Source: an uncultured Candidatus Poseidoniales archaeon
Lineage (GTDB): Archaea; Thermoplasmatota; Poseidoniia; Poseidoniales; Poseidoniaceae
NCBI GenBank assembly: GCA_964577145.1
Contig: CAZNXM010000003.1
Coordinates: 6,186-70,185 of the forward strand
Length of the DNA stretch: 64,000 bases
Direction of reading: 5' to 3'
The notes beneath the pieces were generated by a model. That model did not search any database. It had not been told where the DNA came from and was given only the letters and a program-made list of their open reading frames with translations. The position numbers and the translations under genes are program-made. Shown here piece after piece: positions 26,250 to 36,400 of the stretch. Numbering within the stretch: position 1 is the stretch's first letter; every line of letters begins with the position of its first letter.

Positions 26250-28790
26250 GTGGGCGTTGATGATATGGTCGCGAAACCTAAACCAGGGGTACAAGAGAGA
26301 ATACTTCTCCACCTTTCTGATTTTTCGGATTTTATGAATTCGGTTGAGGTTCCGTTCGCACTTTCGCAGATGGGAATTGCAAACGCAGTTGCGATTGCGA
26401 GGTCAAATGTACCTAGGGCAATCGCTGGTCTCAAGGATCAAGGCCTGCTAATTGAGCGGCAAGCACACGTTCAAGGAGTCAGCCGTAAAAGGAAGGCATA
26501 TTTCTTGACCGATACGGGGATGGTACTGGCAGATGAGACTTGGAAGAGACTCCGTGATTTCTCACTGCGGTGCATTTTACCCGATGGTCAAACGATTAGT
26601 TCTACCTTAGGTGAAGTGCAAGACCAACTTCCATTTTCGATGAGGCCGGTTGATGTCATTAGGTATCTGGATGATAATGGAGTTCTCGATGTTCGCTCAT
26701 TATCGGCAGAGCTTGTTGAGAGGGACCTCTCAAAACATGTTGAGAAGCAATTGGTTTCAAGTCTAGGAGATTTACCACGGCTCCGCCATTTCTATGGCAG
26801 ATCTCAGGAACTCGAGAATATGGTCAATCTCTTGGAAGCGAGGTCAACAACATTGATGATTCCCGGAATTGCTGGAATTGGAAAAACAGCAATGGCTGCA
26901 AAAATCATTGAATCATTTATGCATCGCCGTAATCTTCTCTATCATAGATGTCAAGACTGGGATGGTAGCAGGGCACTGTTCGAAAATATTGCTGATTGGT
27001 TATCCAATATCGGTGACCCAATGCTTTCGGAATATATCTCTGCCACACCGGTGCCAAAACCTGGTGATGCAGCTGATTTAATCATTGACGCACTCGATAA
27101 TACTCCGGCACTAATCGTGATTGATGATTATCACAAAGTGAGTGACAAGGCATTGCATCAGATGGTACAAGCATTGTCTAGAGGCCTTGTTGATAGCGAA
27201 GGTGATGTAGGACTGGTGATTTTCTCGCGTTCATTCAAGCCTGTAGTGCCAATGAAGGATGCAGAGGGGAAAATTGTGAGCCTTGTTCTCCCATTGGAAG
27301 GCCTTGATCAAGATTCATGTAGAAGTCTTCTCTCCACTTTCGAAGATTTGGATAATGAGACATTGCTATACATTCATTCCCTATCAAGAGGCCACCCCTT
27401 AGTTCTGGAATTAATCAACCGCGGTGCTTCGGCAGGTGCATTCCATGAAACATTAGAGAATTATGTAAATATCGAGATTTTCTCTAAATTGAGTGGGGAA
27501 CAGAAACGCCTCCTTGGAGTTCTTTCTGTTTTCCGTGAACCTATTCCATTAGCAGCACTTACCGAGCAGGATTTGAACATTGATGAATTAGATTCCCTCG
27601 TTGAGGCTGGACTTGCTAGGCAAGCTGATTCTGATGCATATGACGTACACGATTTGATTCGTGAGTTCTTACTTCAGAGTTTAGACCACCAGACGAAAGA
27701 AGAATTGCACAATAAGGCTGTTCTGTGGTATGAAAAGCAGGGCAGTGGGCCACTGATTGCTATGGAATTGATCTACCATTTAATCAGTAGTTCTCGGCAT
27801 GAGGACGCTGGTGAAATCATTGTTCAACAAGGAAGAAATCTGATCAAAGAAGGGTACATAGAATTACTTGGATTGTTAGAAGCGATTGACTTGTCGGAGA
27901 TTCAAGAGGAGAATGCTTGCAGAATTGATTGTCTCAAGGGCGAGGTTCTTTCACTACTGGGGAGATTTGCTGAGGCTGAATCTGCATTCAATTCAGCCCG
28001 TGCTCCTGCAGAAGCAGCGGGAATCCAAGATGTAATTGCCGACCTTCATTCCAACCTTGCAGATATCGCATTAAAGCGTGGTGAAACTGAATCTTCATTG
28101 ACAATGCATCGTAATGCGCTTGAATTATTCATTCAAATGGGTGATGCAGTCGGCGCTGCACGCTCTTACAATAATATGGGCTACATCATGCGTCGCGGTG
28201 GAGATAAAGTCAAGGCTCTTGAGGCATATGGTGAGGTTGAAGCAATACTTTCAGATGATAGTTCTGAGGAACTTATTCCAGCACAATTGATTCTTGCTCG
28301 AGCACTGATTGACCTTGGCGAAGTAGACCGAGCCAGAGACCACGCTCTCAATGCGTACGAAGCATCGTCTGATGGTGCTGACCTGATTCTACACGCAAGG
28401 TCGCGAGCAGTTCTTGGTAGATACTATGCCAAGGTAGGAGACTCAGACCTAGCATTGCATCACTATTCGGACGCACTAGAGGTAATGGGAGAGGCAGGAG
28501 ACCCTCATGCACTTGTTGAAGTCAGTATTCTTCTCGGTGAAGTTCTACAGGATAGTGGGCGTGTTGATGAGGCACTCGAGAGATATCGCGCAGCCCTTCT
28601 AATCGCCGAAGGAAACGATCTAAGGATGCAAATCGGAGAGTTGCTTTCACGTCTTGGTGGTGTAGCTCCCGACCGGCAGAGACGAATGGAATATCTTCAA
28701 AGAGCACTTTCGGTATTCAGAGAATTAGGTGCACAAGCAAGGATGCGTGAGGTCCAGATGATGGTTCACACCGCCGTGATGGGACGCTGA
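26250..28790 (+). CDS. STAND-class NTPase with an N-terminal winged-helix domain, NB-ARC-like P-loop ATPase and C-terminal TPR repeats (putative signal-transducing regulator).
   Basis: wHTH ALSQMGIANAVAIARSNVPRAIAGLKDQGLLIE. Walker A LMIPGIAGIGKTAMA. Walker B ALIVIDDYHKV. C-terminal TPR-like repeats (ARSYNNMGYIMRRGGDKVKALEAY ...). GTG at 26250 or ATG at 26265 as start. Confidence 0.75.
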   Translation: MGVDDMVAKPKPGVQERILLHLSDFSDFMNSVEVPFALSQMGIANAVAIARSNVPRAIAGLKDQGLLIERQAHVQGVSRKRKAYFLTDTGMVLADETWKRLRDFSLRCILPDGQTISSTLGEVQDQLPFSMRPVDVIRYLDDNGVLDVRSLSAELVERDLSKHVEKQLVSSLGDLPRLRHFYGRSQELENMVNLLEARSTTLMIPGIAGIGKTAMAAKIIESFMHRRNLLYHRCQDWDGSRALFENIADWLSNIGDPMLSEYISATPVPKPGDAADLIIDALDNTPALIVIDDYHKVSDKALHQMVQALSRGLVDSEGDVGLVIFSRSFKPVVPMKDAEGKIVSLVLPLEGLDQDSCRSLLSTFEDLDNETLLYIHSLSRGHPLVLELINRGASAGAFHETLENYVNIEIFSKLSGEQKRLLGVLSVFREPIPLAALTEQDLNIDELDSLVEAGLARQADSDAYDVHDLIREFLLQSLDHQTKEELHNKAVLWYEKQGSGPLIAMELIYHLISSSRHEDAGEIIVQQGRNLIKEGYIELLGLLEAIDLSEIQEENACRIDCLKGEVLSLLGRFAEAESAFNSARAPAEAAGIQDVIADLHSNLADIALKRGETESSLTMHRNALELFIQMGDAVGAARSYNNMGYIMRRGGDKVKALEAYGEVEAILSDDSSEELIPAQLILARALIDLGEVDRARDHALNAYEASSDGADLILHARSRAVLGRYYAKVGDSDLALHHYSDALEVMGEAGDPHALVEVSILLGEVLQDSGRVDEALERYRAALLIAEGNDLRMQIGELLSRLGGVAPDRQRRMEYLQRALSVFRELGAQARMREVQMMVHTAVMGR

Positions 28791-29261
28791 TTAGAAATTA
28801 GGGCCACTGATGGATATCCTAGTGATGCCATTTTCATGTATTACCCATATTTGCGTTGTACCTGAGAGTGATATCGAGCCTTCATAATCTCCGGAGCCCG
28901 TCCCCGAAATACTGAGCGTCGTATCGAGTTCATCCTCAAAATGGTCTAATGATAATCCATCTTCACTAAGTGAAAGAGTGAATAAACTTTCATCGGCCTC
29001 GGTTAATCTCCATTCAACAGATTCAGCATATTTCACATCTTCACCTTGTCTACTTGCGCTATCAGCGCGTTCAACCGCAGCAGCAATATCAGCCATGTTC
29101 GCATCAATGGCGGTTTCGTTCCATCTTTGCCTAGTTGAAGTTTCGATTTCAAAAGTCCAAACTGCAAACATTGAAAGTAATAGAACTCCGAGTAGGAATG
29201 TAAAGACATAGCCTAATTCTGTCGATGCGGCCTCTACATCATTCTTGAGTTTCCCGTTCAT
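28791..29261 (-). CDS. Small protein with a class-III (archaeal type IV pilin-like) signal peptide; putative minor pilin (third gene of the operon).
   Basis: MNGKLKNDVEAASTELGYVFTFLLGVLLLSMFAVW N-terminus. Its start overlaps the stop of 29258..31405 by 4 nt. Confidence 0.55.
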   Translation of the reverse strand: MNGKLKNDVEAASTELGYVFTFLLGVLLLSMFAVWTFEIETSTRQRWNETAIDANMADIAAAVERADSASRQGEDVKYAESVEWRLTEADESLFTLSLSEDGLSLDHFEDELDTTLSISGTGSGDYEGSISLSGTTQIWVIHENGITRISISGPNF

Positions 29262-31405
29262 ATTCTAGCCTCCGTAACATGGGCTTCAATACTACTTATT
29301 TGCAAATTGAATTGGATTGGGAGACCACCTGTGTGCCACACCGCTTCACTTGGACCATGTGAAGGGATAGGAACCCATCCTGTATAGTCGTCAAGTAAAT
29401 CCATTCTTCCTGGAGTGACAATCCAATCCTCTGATGCCTCGAGGTCTTGAGAGGACCAAGAGGCAATAGCATCACCATATGGCCCAGCCCATCCTCTGCG
29501 TACTTCGTATGCAGTAGTTGATGCAAGGCTTTCTCTGTTGGTTAATTCCAAATTTAAATTCATGACTCCTGCTCCAGAGACACTATTCGAAGTTGGATGC
29601 ATTGATGGGATTGTAGCAGAGAAGCGTGGACCTGGGCCCCCTCTATCGGTTGGACCTTGGAGGATTAGAGGTTTCAGTTCTGGATGATTGGTTACTACGG
29701 CACCAGCAGACCATGCGACTTCTAAGCCACTAATAGATGAATCAAATTCATAAGTAAAACGAGAAAGATGGAAGGCCCAAGCGGTTGCAATTGTAGAATG
29801 GCTCGAATCACCAATATTGCCGATAAGATCGATGCCTATACTCGCCGGATGAGCTCCACTTTTCCACGCAGCGATTATGCCTCCCTCAAGAAGACCATTC
29901 AAATTCGCCCAAGGTAACTGGACCTCAATCCAACCTGAAGCAGTAGTGTCTACCATGATGCAACGAGGAGAACCATCGTGTCGTAGTGAAAGCAATCCGG
30001 AATCTCCATCATCACGAATAACCGTTAGTGCATCTCCGTCAGTACTTGTCAATGTATCATCGGATGCTGGTGTTATTGTGGTCGATGGAGCATCGGTGTC
30101 AAGTGTTCCATTTGCAGAACTCATATTCCACGAAGTTTCCATGCCAGACAGTTGCACCTCATTGACAGAACCTTCCTCTAGGAAAAATTCCGAACCTGAA
30201 AGGCGACCAGTATCGCTTGCTCCAAGCAAATCTAGCCCATTTGTTCCAGAAGCCCAAGACAGCATTACCGCTTGGCTTGATTCGATAATAGCTGCATCAA
30301 CGAGTCCCGCTGCAGGCCAGTCTACTTCGATTGTTGAATCTGCGGGAACTGAGGTTCCACCATTGCGCCAAGTAATAGTTGCAGAATTATCGCTTGGGTT
30401 TGACAGAACCAATTTACCATCTACGAATGGTGGGATAAATCGTTTTGACAACATCGAACCATCACTACCTGGCCACGCAGTCCTTCCTTCATCAGAGAAC
30501 ATTACCATCAAACGAGCATCGCTATCTGAAAATACTTCGAGTAGTGTATCCTCGGTAGCTGTGAAAGTGCGGGTCCAATAATTTGCCGAATGCAAAGTAG
30601 TCGGATGGACTTCCACTTGCGTTCCTGAGTCACCTTCCATTGCCCATTGCACCATCAGATCATCCTCTGCAAGCATGTGAATTGTGGTAGTACCCGTTGC
30701 AAGTGGAATCGCCCAATGTCTGCCCTCTCCGGTTGCAGGCTCTGCTTTGGAGGGTGGATGAATCGAAACTCCACCATCACCTTGGATTGCAAAACCTGTT
30801 AGTTCATGGCTTGAAGAAAATTCTTCATCGCTGTCGATAACTAATACTTCGCCTACCTTCAGTGAAAAGACATCCTCGCCCTGTGAGATTTCAACTGGAC
30901 CTAATGGAATCGCCAATCCATGTGCAGGTGTGATGATGTATGAATCGGCATTAGAATAGGGTGTATAGATGAAATCTCTGTCGGGGCCAAGTCGCATATC
31001 CTCTGTACATATTGCTTGAACATGGCCCTCTGGGTGGCGAATTTCCATATTATTGTCGAGAGTTAGGGCATCCCTAATCCGGAAGGAATTATCCTCGTAC
31101 CATGATGCTGAATACCACATCCCACCACGGACTCGGTCCCAACGCATTTCACCATCTACCGGAATTAACTCATATTCCGTCTTATCACCAGGCATCCCCG
31201 ATTCGGAGAGAATTGTGACTTCATGACCAAAACTGGTTAACTGCGCTTCCATATCATGCCGCTTGACAGAACCTTCCAATTCTTGAATAACAGGCATCAT
31301 GGAAAGCAACATCATTCCAATGATGGAAATAACTCCACCAAAGAGTAAGACCGTAGCGACAGCAGCACTCACTGCATCATCATCTCTTCGCAATTCTCCT
31401 TTCAT
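29258..31405 (-). CDS. Large (715 aa) protein with an archaeal class-III / DUF1628-type pilin signal peptide and an unknown extracellular domain.
   Basis: MKGELRRDDDAVSAAVATVLLFGGVISIIGMMLL matches the archaeal pilin N-terminal pattern (D/E)(R/D)AVSxV(I/V)G plus hydrophobic helix. Overlaps the upstream gene by 4 nt. Confidence 0.7.
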   Translation of the reverse strand: MKGELRRDDDAVSAAVATVLLFGGVISIIGMMLLSMMPVIQELEGSVKRHDMEAQLTSFGHEVTILSESGMPGDKTEYELIPVDGEMRWDRVRGGMWYSASWYEDNSFRIRDALTLDNNMEIRHPEGHVQAICTEDMRLGPDRDFIYTPYSNADSYIITPAHGLAIPLGPVEISQGEDVFSLKVGEVLVIDSDEEFSSSHELTGFAIQGDGGVSIHPPSKAEPATGEGRHWAIPLATGTTTIHMLAEDDLMVQWAMEGDSGTQVEVHPTTLHSANYWTRTFTATEDTLLEVFSDSDARLMVMFSDEGRTAWPGSDGSMLSKRFIPPFVDGKLVLSNPSDNSATITWRNGGTSVPADSTIEVDWPAAGLVDAAIIESSQAVMLSWASGTNGLDLLGASDTGRLSGSEFFLEEGSVNEVQLSGMETSWNMSSANGTLDTDAPSTTITPASDDTLTSTDGDALTVIRDDGDSGLLSLRHDGSPRCIMVDTTASGWIEVQLPWANLNGLLEGGIIAAWKSGAHPASIGIDLIGNIGDSSHSTIATAWAFHLSRFTYEFDSSISGLEVAWSAGAVVTNHPELKPLILQGPTDRGGPGPRFSATIPSMHPTSNSVSGAGVMNLNLELTNRESLASTTAYEVRRGWAGPYGDAIASWSSQDLEASEDWIVTPGRMDLLDDYTGWVPIPSHGPSEAVWHTGGLPIQFNLQISSIEAHVTEARI

Positions 31406-32445
31406 CCACTCACCTCTATTCTTTGGAGGTCAATTTCAAGGTCGATCATCGTATATCCACCATCTACGGTGAATCCATCACTACCACTTGCACGTAGCCA
31501 TGGACAAATCCCATTGAATTCTTCAAGTGTCCCCGATGCACGGTGCAGATTGTATTCGGTCAACCAATTCTCATGCATTTGTGGAGTGATTGTGGAATCA
31601 AGTGAGGAGTCATAGGTGAAGCGGAAATGCCACGCATCGCCACTGAAGAGGTTTATTGGGCCCTTTGAAACTAAGTCAATTCCCATTGAGCGACCAGTTG
31701 GAACCGTGCCGTTAATTGTAACATCTCGCAACAGCATCGAGGCTCTAACCGTCCCGTCTACTAGTTCGTCTAGAACTACACTGGGGCGCTTGGACAAGGC
31801 CCATGGTGCATCTTCTGTTTTGTCAGCACGGCCATCGTTAACCATGGCGATTCCATGCTCTCCACCTTTGATATTCGTAACGACTTGTAAACCTGATAAG
31901 GTGATACTCGCATAGCGGTGAATCGGAGTGCCATCCGCATCGAATACCGTGATGATAACAAGGTCCTTGACCTCAAGTTCATGTTCGACGAACACAGCCT
32001 CATGAGAAGGTGTGAATGAATGACTTTCCTCGCCATTTTCTGTCCAAATTAATATCGATGCAGCGGTTTCATTTATGGCTAAAATCGAAAACGAAGACGA
32101 ACTATTCCAGGTGACAGTCACACGTTCATAGTCAACAAGGTCAGCTGCAAGTGTCCAAGTTTCCACATTGACAAGTGGTGCGACATTACTACTTGCTGCG
32201 GGAATAGTAGTCCGGATTCCAGTGTTTTCAGGCATTGGTCCCGTTAGAGCAATTCTATCCTCTAGTCTATCCGCAATACCATTTGCATTGGCCCATGAGG
32301 TATTATCTTGGAAATCTTCGATATAGGGTGTGAGCATCAAAAACACTCCACCCATTATCGTGATTACCATTGCCAGAAGCATGACTACTCCGATGACCTC
32401 GCTAACAGCGAAGTCATTTTCACGCTGGGCACGGCGTCTCATCAA
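31402..32445 (-). CDS. Protein (347 aa) with an archaeal class-III / DUF1628-type pilin signal peptide; first gene of the three-gene operon.
   Basis: MMRRRAQRENDFAVSEVIGVVMLLAMVITIMGGVFLML. Confidence 0.7.
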   Translation of the reverse strand: MMRRRAQRENDFAVSEVIGVVMLLAMVITIMGGVFLMLTPYIEDFQDNTSWANANGIADRLEDRIALTGPMPENTGIRTTIPAASSNVAPLVNVETWTLAADLVDYERVTVTWNSSSSFSILAINETAASILIWTENGEESHSFTPSHEAVFVEHELEVKDLVIITVFDADGTPIHRYASITLSGLQVVTNIKGGEHGIAMVNDGRADKTEDAPWALSKRPSVVLDELVDGTVRASMLLRDVTINGTVPTGRSMGIDLVSKGPINLFSGDAWHFRFTYDSSLDSTITPQMHENWLTEYNLHRASGTLEEFNGICPWLRASGSDGFTVDGGYTMIDLEIDLQRIEVSG

Positions 32446-32503
32446 TCCTGAGGAGAGAATCGTCCGTTCTTATGTCTTGGGCCCATGGGAGCCCTTACAG
32501 GGC

Positions 32504-33319
32504 TCATAGGTGCAAGGAAATTCTGCTTCGGGCATCAATTTCACTTTCATTGGCGCTTAGGTGATGAGTGAATTCCGGTCCGTCCTGCAAAGAGATTCTG
32601 ATATCTCCTTCGAATATATCTTCCAAGTGATAGAGCACTGTTGACTCAGCCAGATGAGGAAGATTATTTCTCTCGGAAAGGTGGGTCAAAACAATTGATT
32701 TTGTCTCAGCGGTAACCACGTTGGAAAGGAACTCCCCAGTCTGGTGGTTTGACAGGTGTCCGCCACGACTTCCTATCCGCTCTTTGAGCCGCATTGGATA
32801 TGGCCCATTCCACAATCTATTGTGGTCGTAATTTGCCTCGATTGAAATGTGTTGACAACCGTGGAGATGAGTAACTAATTCCTCAGTCCATGACCCAAGA
32901 TCTGTAACTACTGCAGCTCGCTCTTTGCCATTACTGGCGATGAAAGCTACATTGTCTGCGCCGCTATGTGGGACCGGCACCGGGAGAAGCGCTAATTTGC
33001 CGATTTCCAAGGCCTCAAGAGATTCAAAAATTCTTACTTTGGAGAGGTCGAGATTGAGTGCGGCTGCAGTTCGGTCATTGCACAAAATTGGGATGTCAAA
33101 TCTGCGTTGAGCAATCGCTGCTCCGCCACCGTGGTCACCGTGGTGATGTGTTATCAAAATCGCATCAATTTCGTGCGGTTGAATCTCCATTAATGAGAGC
33201 CTTCTTTCGAATTCTCGCCCGCTAAAACCTTGGTCGATGATGACTTTTGACTCCCCACATTCAACCAAAGTAGCGTTACCGCGGCTCCCGGTTCCAAGGT
33301 GGGTGACTGACATCGGCAT
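32504..33319 (-). CDS. MBL-fold metallo-hydrolase (metallo-beta-lactamase superfamily).
   Basis: ILITHHHGDHGGG (HxHxDH) plus downstream His/Asp ligands. Start set at MPMSVTHLGTGS (33319). The ORF is open to 33376. Confidence 0.8.
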   Translation of the reverse strand: MPMSVTHLGTGSRGNATLVECGESKVIIDQGFSGREFERRLSLMEIQPHEIDAILITHHHGDHGGGAAIAQRRFDIPILCNDRTAAALNLDLSKVRIFESLEALEIGKLALLPVPVPHSGADNVAFIASNGKERAAVVTDLGSWTEELVTHLHGCQHISIEANYDHNRLWNGPYPMRLKERIGSRGGHLSNHQTGEFLSNVVTAETKSIVLTHLSERNNLPHLAESTVLYHLEDIFEGDIRISLQDGPEFTHHLSANESEIDARSRISLHL

Positions 33320-33497
33320 GGTTAACCCAAGGAGACCAGCGCGTTGAGCCCTTGAACCCATCTCATGTTGAGTCACTATTCCGGCGTATTTTCACGGAAC
33401 CCAGAAGACTCCGTAGGAGTCATCTGTCGGAACAGTACTCCATCATCCTATTAAGGCAGGTTCAGTCGTTCATGACTGTCTGGGTGCATTTGCGCCC

Positions 33498-36400
33498 GTG
33501 GTGGTTTCAATGCGACGTTCACAGTCAACCCTACTAATGACAATCATAGTGTTGTCTAGTCTCTTCGTCATGAGCCAGGCTCCAGCCATCTCAAACGTGG
33601 CTACAGTTCATCCCGATGATACCTTTGAGGAAAAGCCACCACAGACCGATTCCGATGGCGATAAAATCCCAGATGTACATGAGAATTTATTTGCAGAATG
33701 GGTGAATTGGACAGCTGTAGATGGGCGCCCAGTCACGATGGAAGGCCTTGACCGTGATGATGCGACAGATGCAGACCTCGACCGTGATAGAGATGGTTTG
33801 AATTCTACTGAAGAATATTGTTGGCCATATCCTGCCAATTGCACTGATGCTGGTTTTCCCCGTGGGCTTACAGGGATAATCAATCCAGAAGATGGAGAGA
33901 GGATTTACCTTGACCCTAGAGTTTCAGATACCGATGGCGATGGAATGCCTGATGGTTTTGAAATCGCAATGTGCGAACGACTTTGGTATTACGATGAAGA
34001 CGAAATGAGATTCGAATGCGGTGAATTCAATCCACTAAATGCAAGTGATGCTGATTTGGACCCTGATGGGGATGGTTTCGATGTAAATCGCGATGGCTTT
34101 ACCTCATTGGGAGAATTACTCACCTCATCTGAGGAATATTCGTATGGTTCACCGGATAATTGGACGAATGAACTCGATGGACTACGTTGCCTATCTACCG
34201 ACCCCACACCTGCATTGCTCGATGCTTGGCCATTTATCACATCGGGATCAAACTCAACCCATTTTGTGAATATTATCGATGCTTGTTTCACCAATGGAAC
34301 AGGGTATTTCGATGACAATATTTGGGTTGGAACCGATCCACTGAATGATGATAGTGACCGTTTTAATTGGGATGGTTACAAACATCGCAGGCTCCATCCT
34401 TCTTTGGGTGATGGAATGATTGATGGATGGGAAATTCACTTTGGCTTAGACCCCCTAAACCGCTCAAATGCACTAGTGGATCTCGATTCGGACGGATGGG
34501 ATTACAATCGTGATGGTTTCATTTCGGTAGATTCTGCACGTACTGCAACAGCGATGGCAATAGGTGAAGAATTGTCCACACTCGAAGAGTATACCGTGCA
34601 CTTTGATGATGGAAATACGGTGAAGTCTGGAATGCGTTCAGTCAAATTGGACTCAAATGGCGGCACATATCTGGAGTATCTACTCACTCCCGAGGCTACT
34701 GCCTCTGACAATATCTCTATTCTCCACCACGATGTTAGGGAAATCTCATCTGTGGATGGACAACTTTGGGTTGGTTCGCGCCTCGGCGTGACAATAATCG
34801 ACTTTGATGCTGTCACTTCAGTCGATCACTCATTACCAATGGGACATAATCTCAACGACATGATCATTCTCGATGATGATGTGGTAATGCTGACCGATGG
34901 AGGCATTTGGGTAGCACCGAGGTCGAGTGGTTCCTTGTCAGATATTTCGACATGGGAATTATTTTCACCAGGGGTCAGAATGACTGCTGGAACCCAATTA
35001 TTGGAAACGGGATCATCGGTACGAGTTGTGGCCATAGGTAATGGTGGAGAGGGTGGAATTCTAACTCTCGATGGCACACCTTCATTCAGCACAAGCCTTG
35101 GAGATGGCATTGTTAATTCTATGAGAGATGGCAATGCAACTGCAACTGAAGTTATACACGTTGATGTTGCAGGTGGCCCTCTTACACTATATGTCGGAAC
35201 AGATGTTGGATTATTCCGTGTAGAAACCGCATCTGCACAGGATGATGCAACTCCTAATTGGTTATTCTATCACCACCCCGAACCATCGGTTATTGCAACA
35301 AATATCGTAGACCTCCGAGCCTTTGGTTCACAAGGAAATGGTAATCCTGCGCATGTGCAAGCACTGGTTGCCGATGGGCCTGATGGTGCAGCACATCAAG
35401 TAGTTTGGATTGGAACCCCATCAGGATTACACCGGGTAGATTTGGTTTCTGGAGCAATTGAACATAGTGGCCTTCTGGAACACCCCGGAATCGATGGTAG
35501 TACCATTTCCGAAGCAAACGACATACATTCAATTCAACCAACAGATAATGAATTGCTTCTTGGTTCTGGCTGGGGACTATGGTCACTATCTGGTGACCAT
35601 GCAGCAGTGTATGGAGCAACTGATCAAGAATGGATTCCGGGGACAATCGCTGCAATAGCTAACCACGATATTTCAGGTGCTGCAACGGTCTTCGTGGGGA
35701 TAGATCCCGGCATGTATTCCAATCTGGAATTAATGGATCCAATGGCCAATGATTCTGATTCTGATGGAATGATTGATGGCTGGGAAGTGCAGTATGGACT
35801 GGACCCAACCGACCCATGGGATGCATTCCTAGATGCCGATGGTGATGGCGTAAACCTTGATGACGACCCAATACAAGAACGTGCTTGGAGAAATCTTGAC
35901 GAATTCCGTTATACCGCCCGCACACCAAATGGCTATGACGCTACTGACCCACGTCTGGTAGATACCGATGCTGATGGTGTTGGAGATGGTGCTGAATATT
36001 TCGGCCTGTATCATGAATACACTCCATTATGGTGCCATTATCTCAATTCATATTCCTTTGAGCATGTATGCGGTGACGCTGCAGGTAATGCCGCTAATGC
36101 AACATATCTCGCATCGATGGGAGTTGATGCTGGAAGTGACCCTACCAATACCGATAGTGATGGCGATGGTATTCCTGATGGTTGGGAAGTTATCCATAGA
36201 AGGTGGATAGGCTCCTCATTCACTGGTTCGAATAATTGGACGATGGACCCAAATCGTGCTGAAGATGCACTTTGGGACGCAGATGGTGATGGATTATCGA
36301 ATCTCTGCGAGTATCAATGGACGCAAATTCGCTTACTCGGCATTGCTGATGAACTCCTTGAAAGCCACTTTGAAACCGCAGCTGCGGCTGCTAATTGGGT

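Noticed and set aside
26250-28790. STAND NTPase as an Avs-type antiviral defence protein.
   Set aside because: The N-terminal domain looks like a winged HTH, not a nuclease or protease effector. A transcription-regulator role fits better, though defence cannot be excluded without a fold search.
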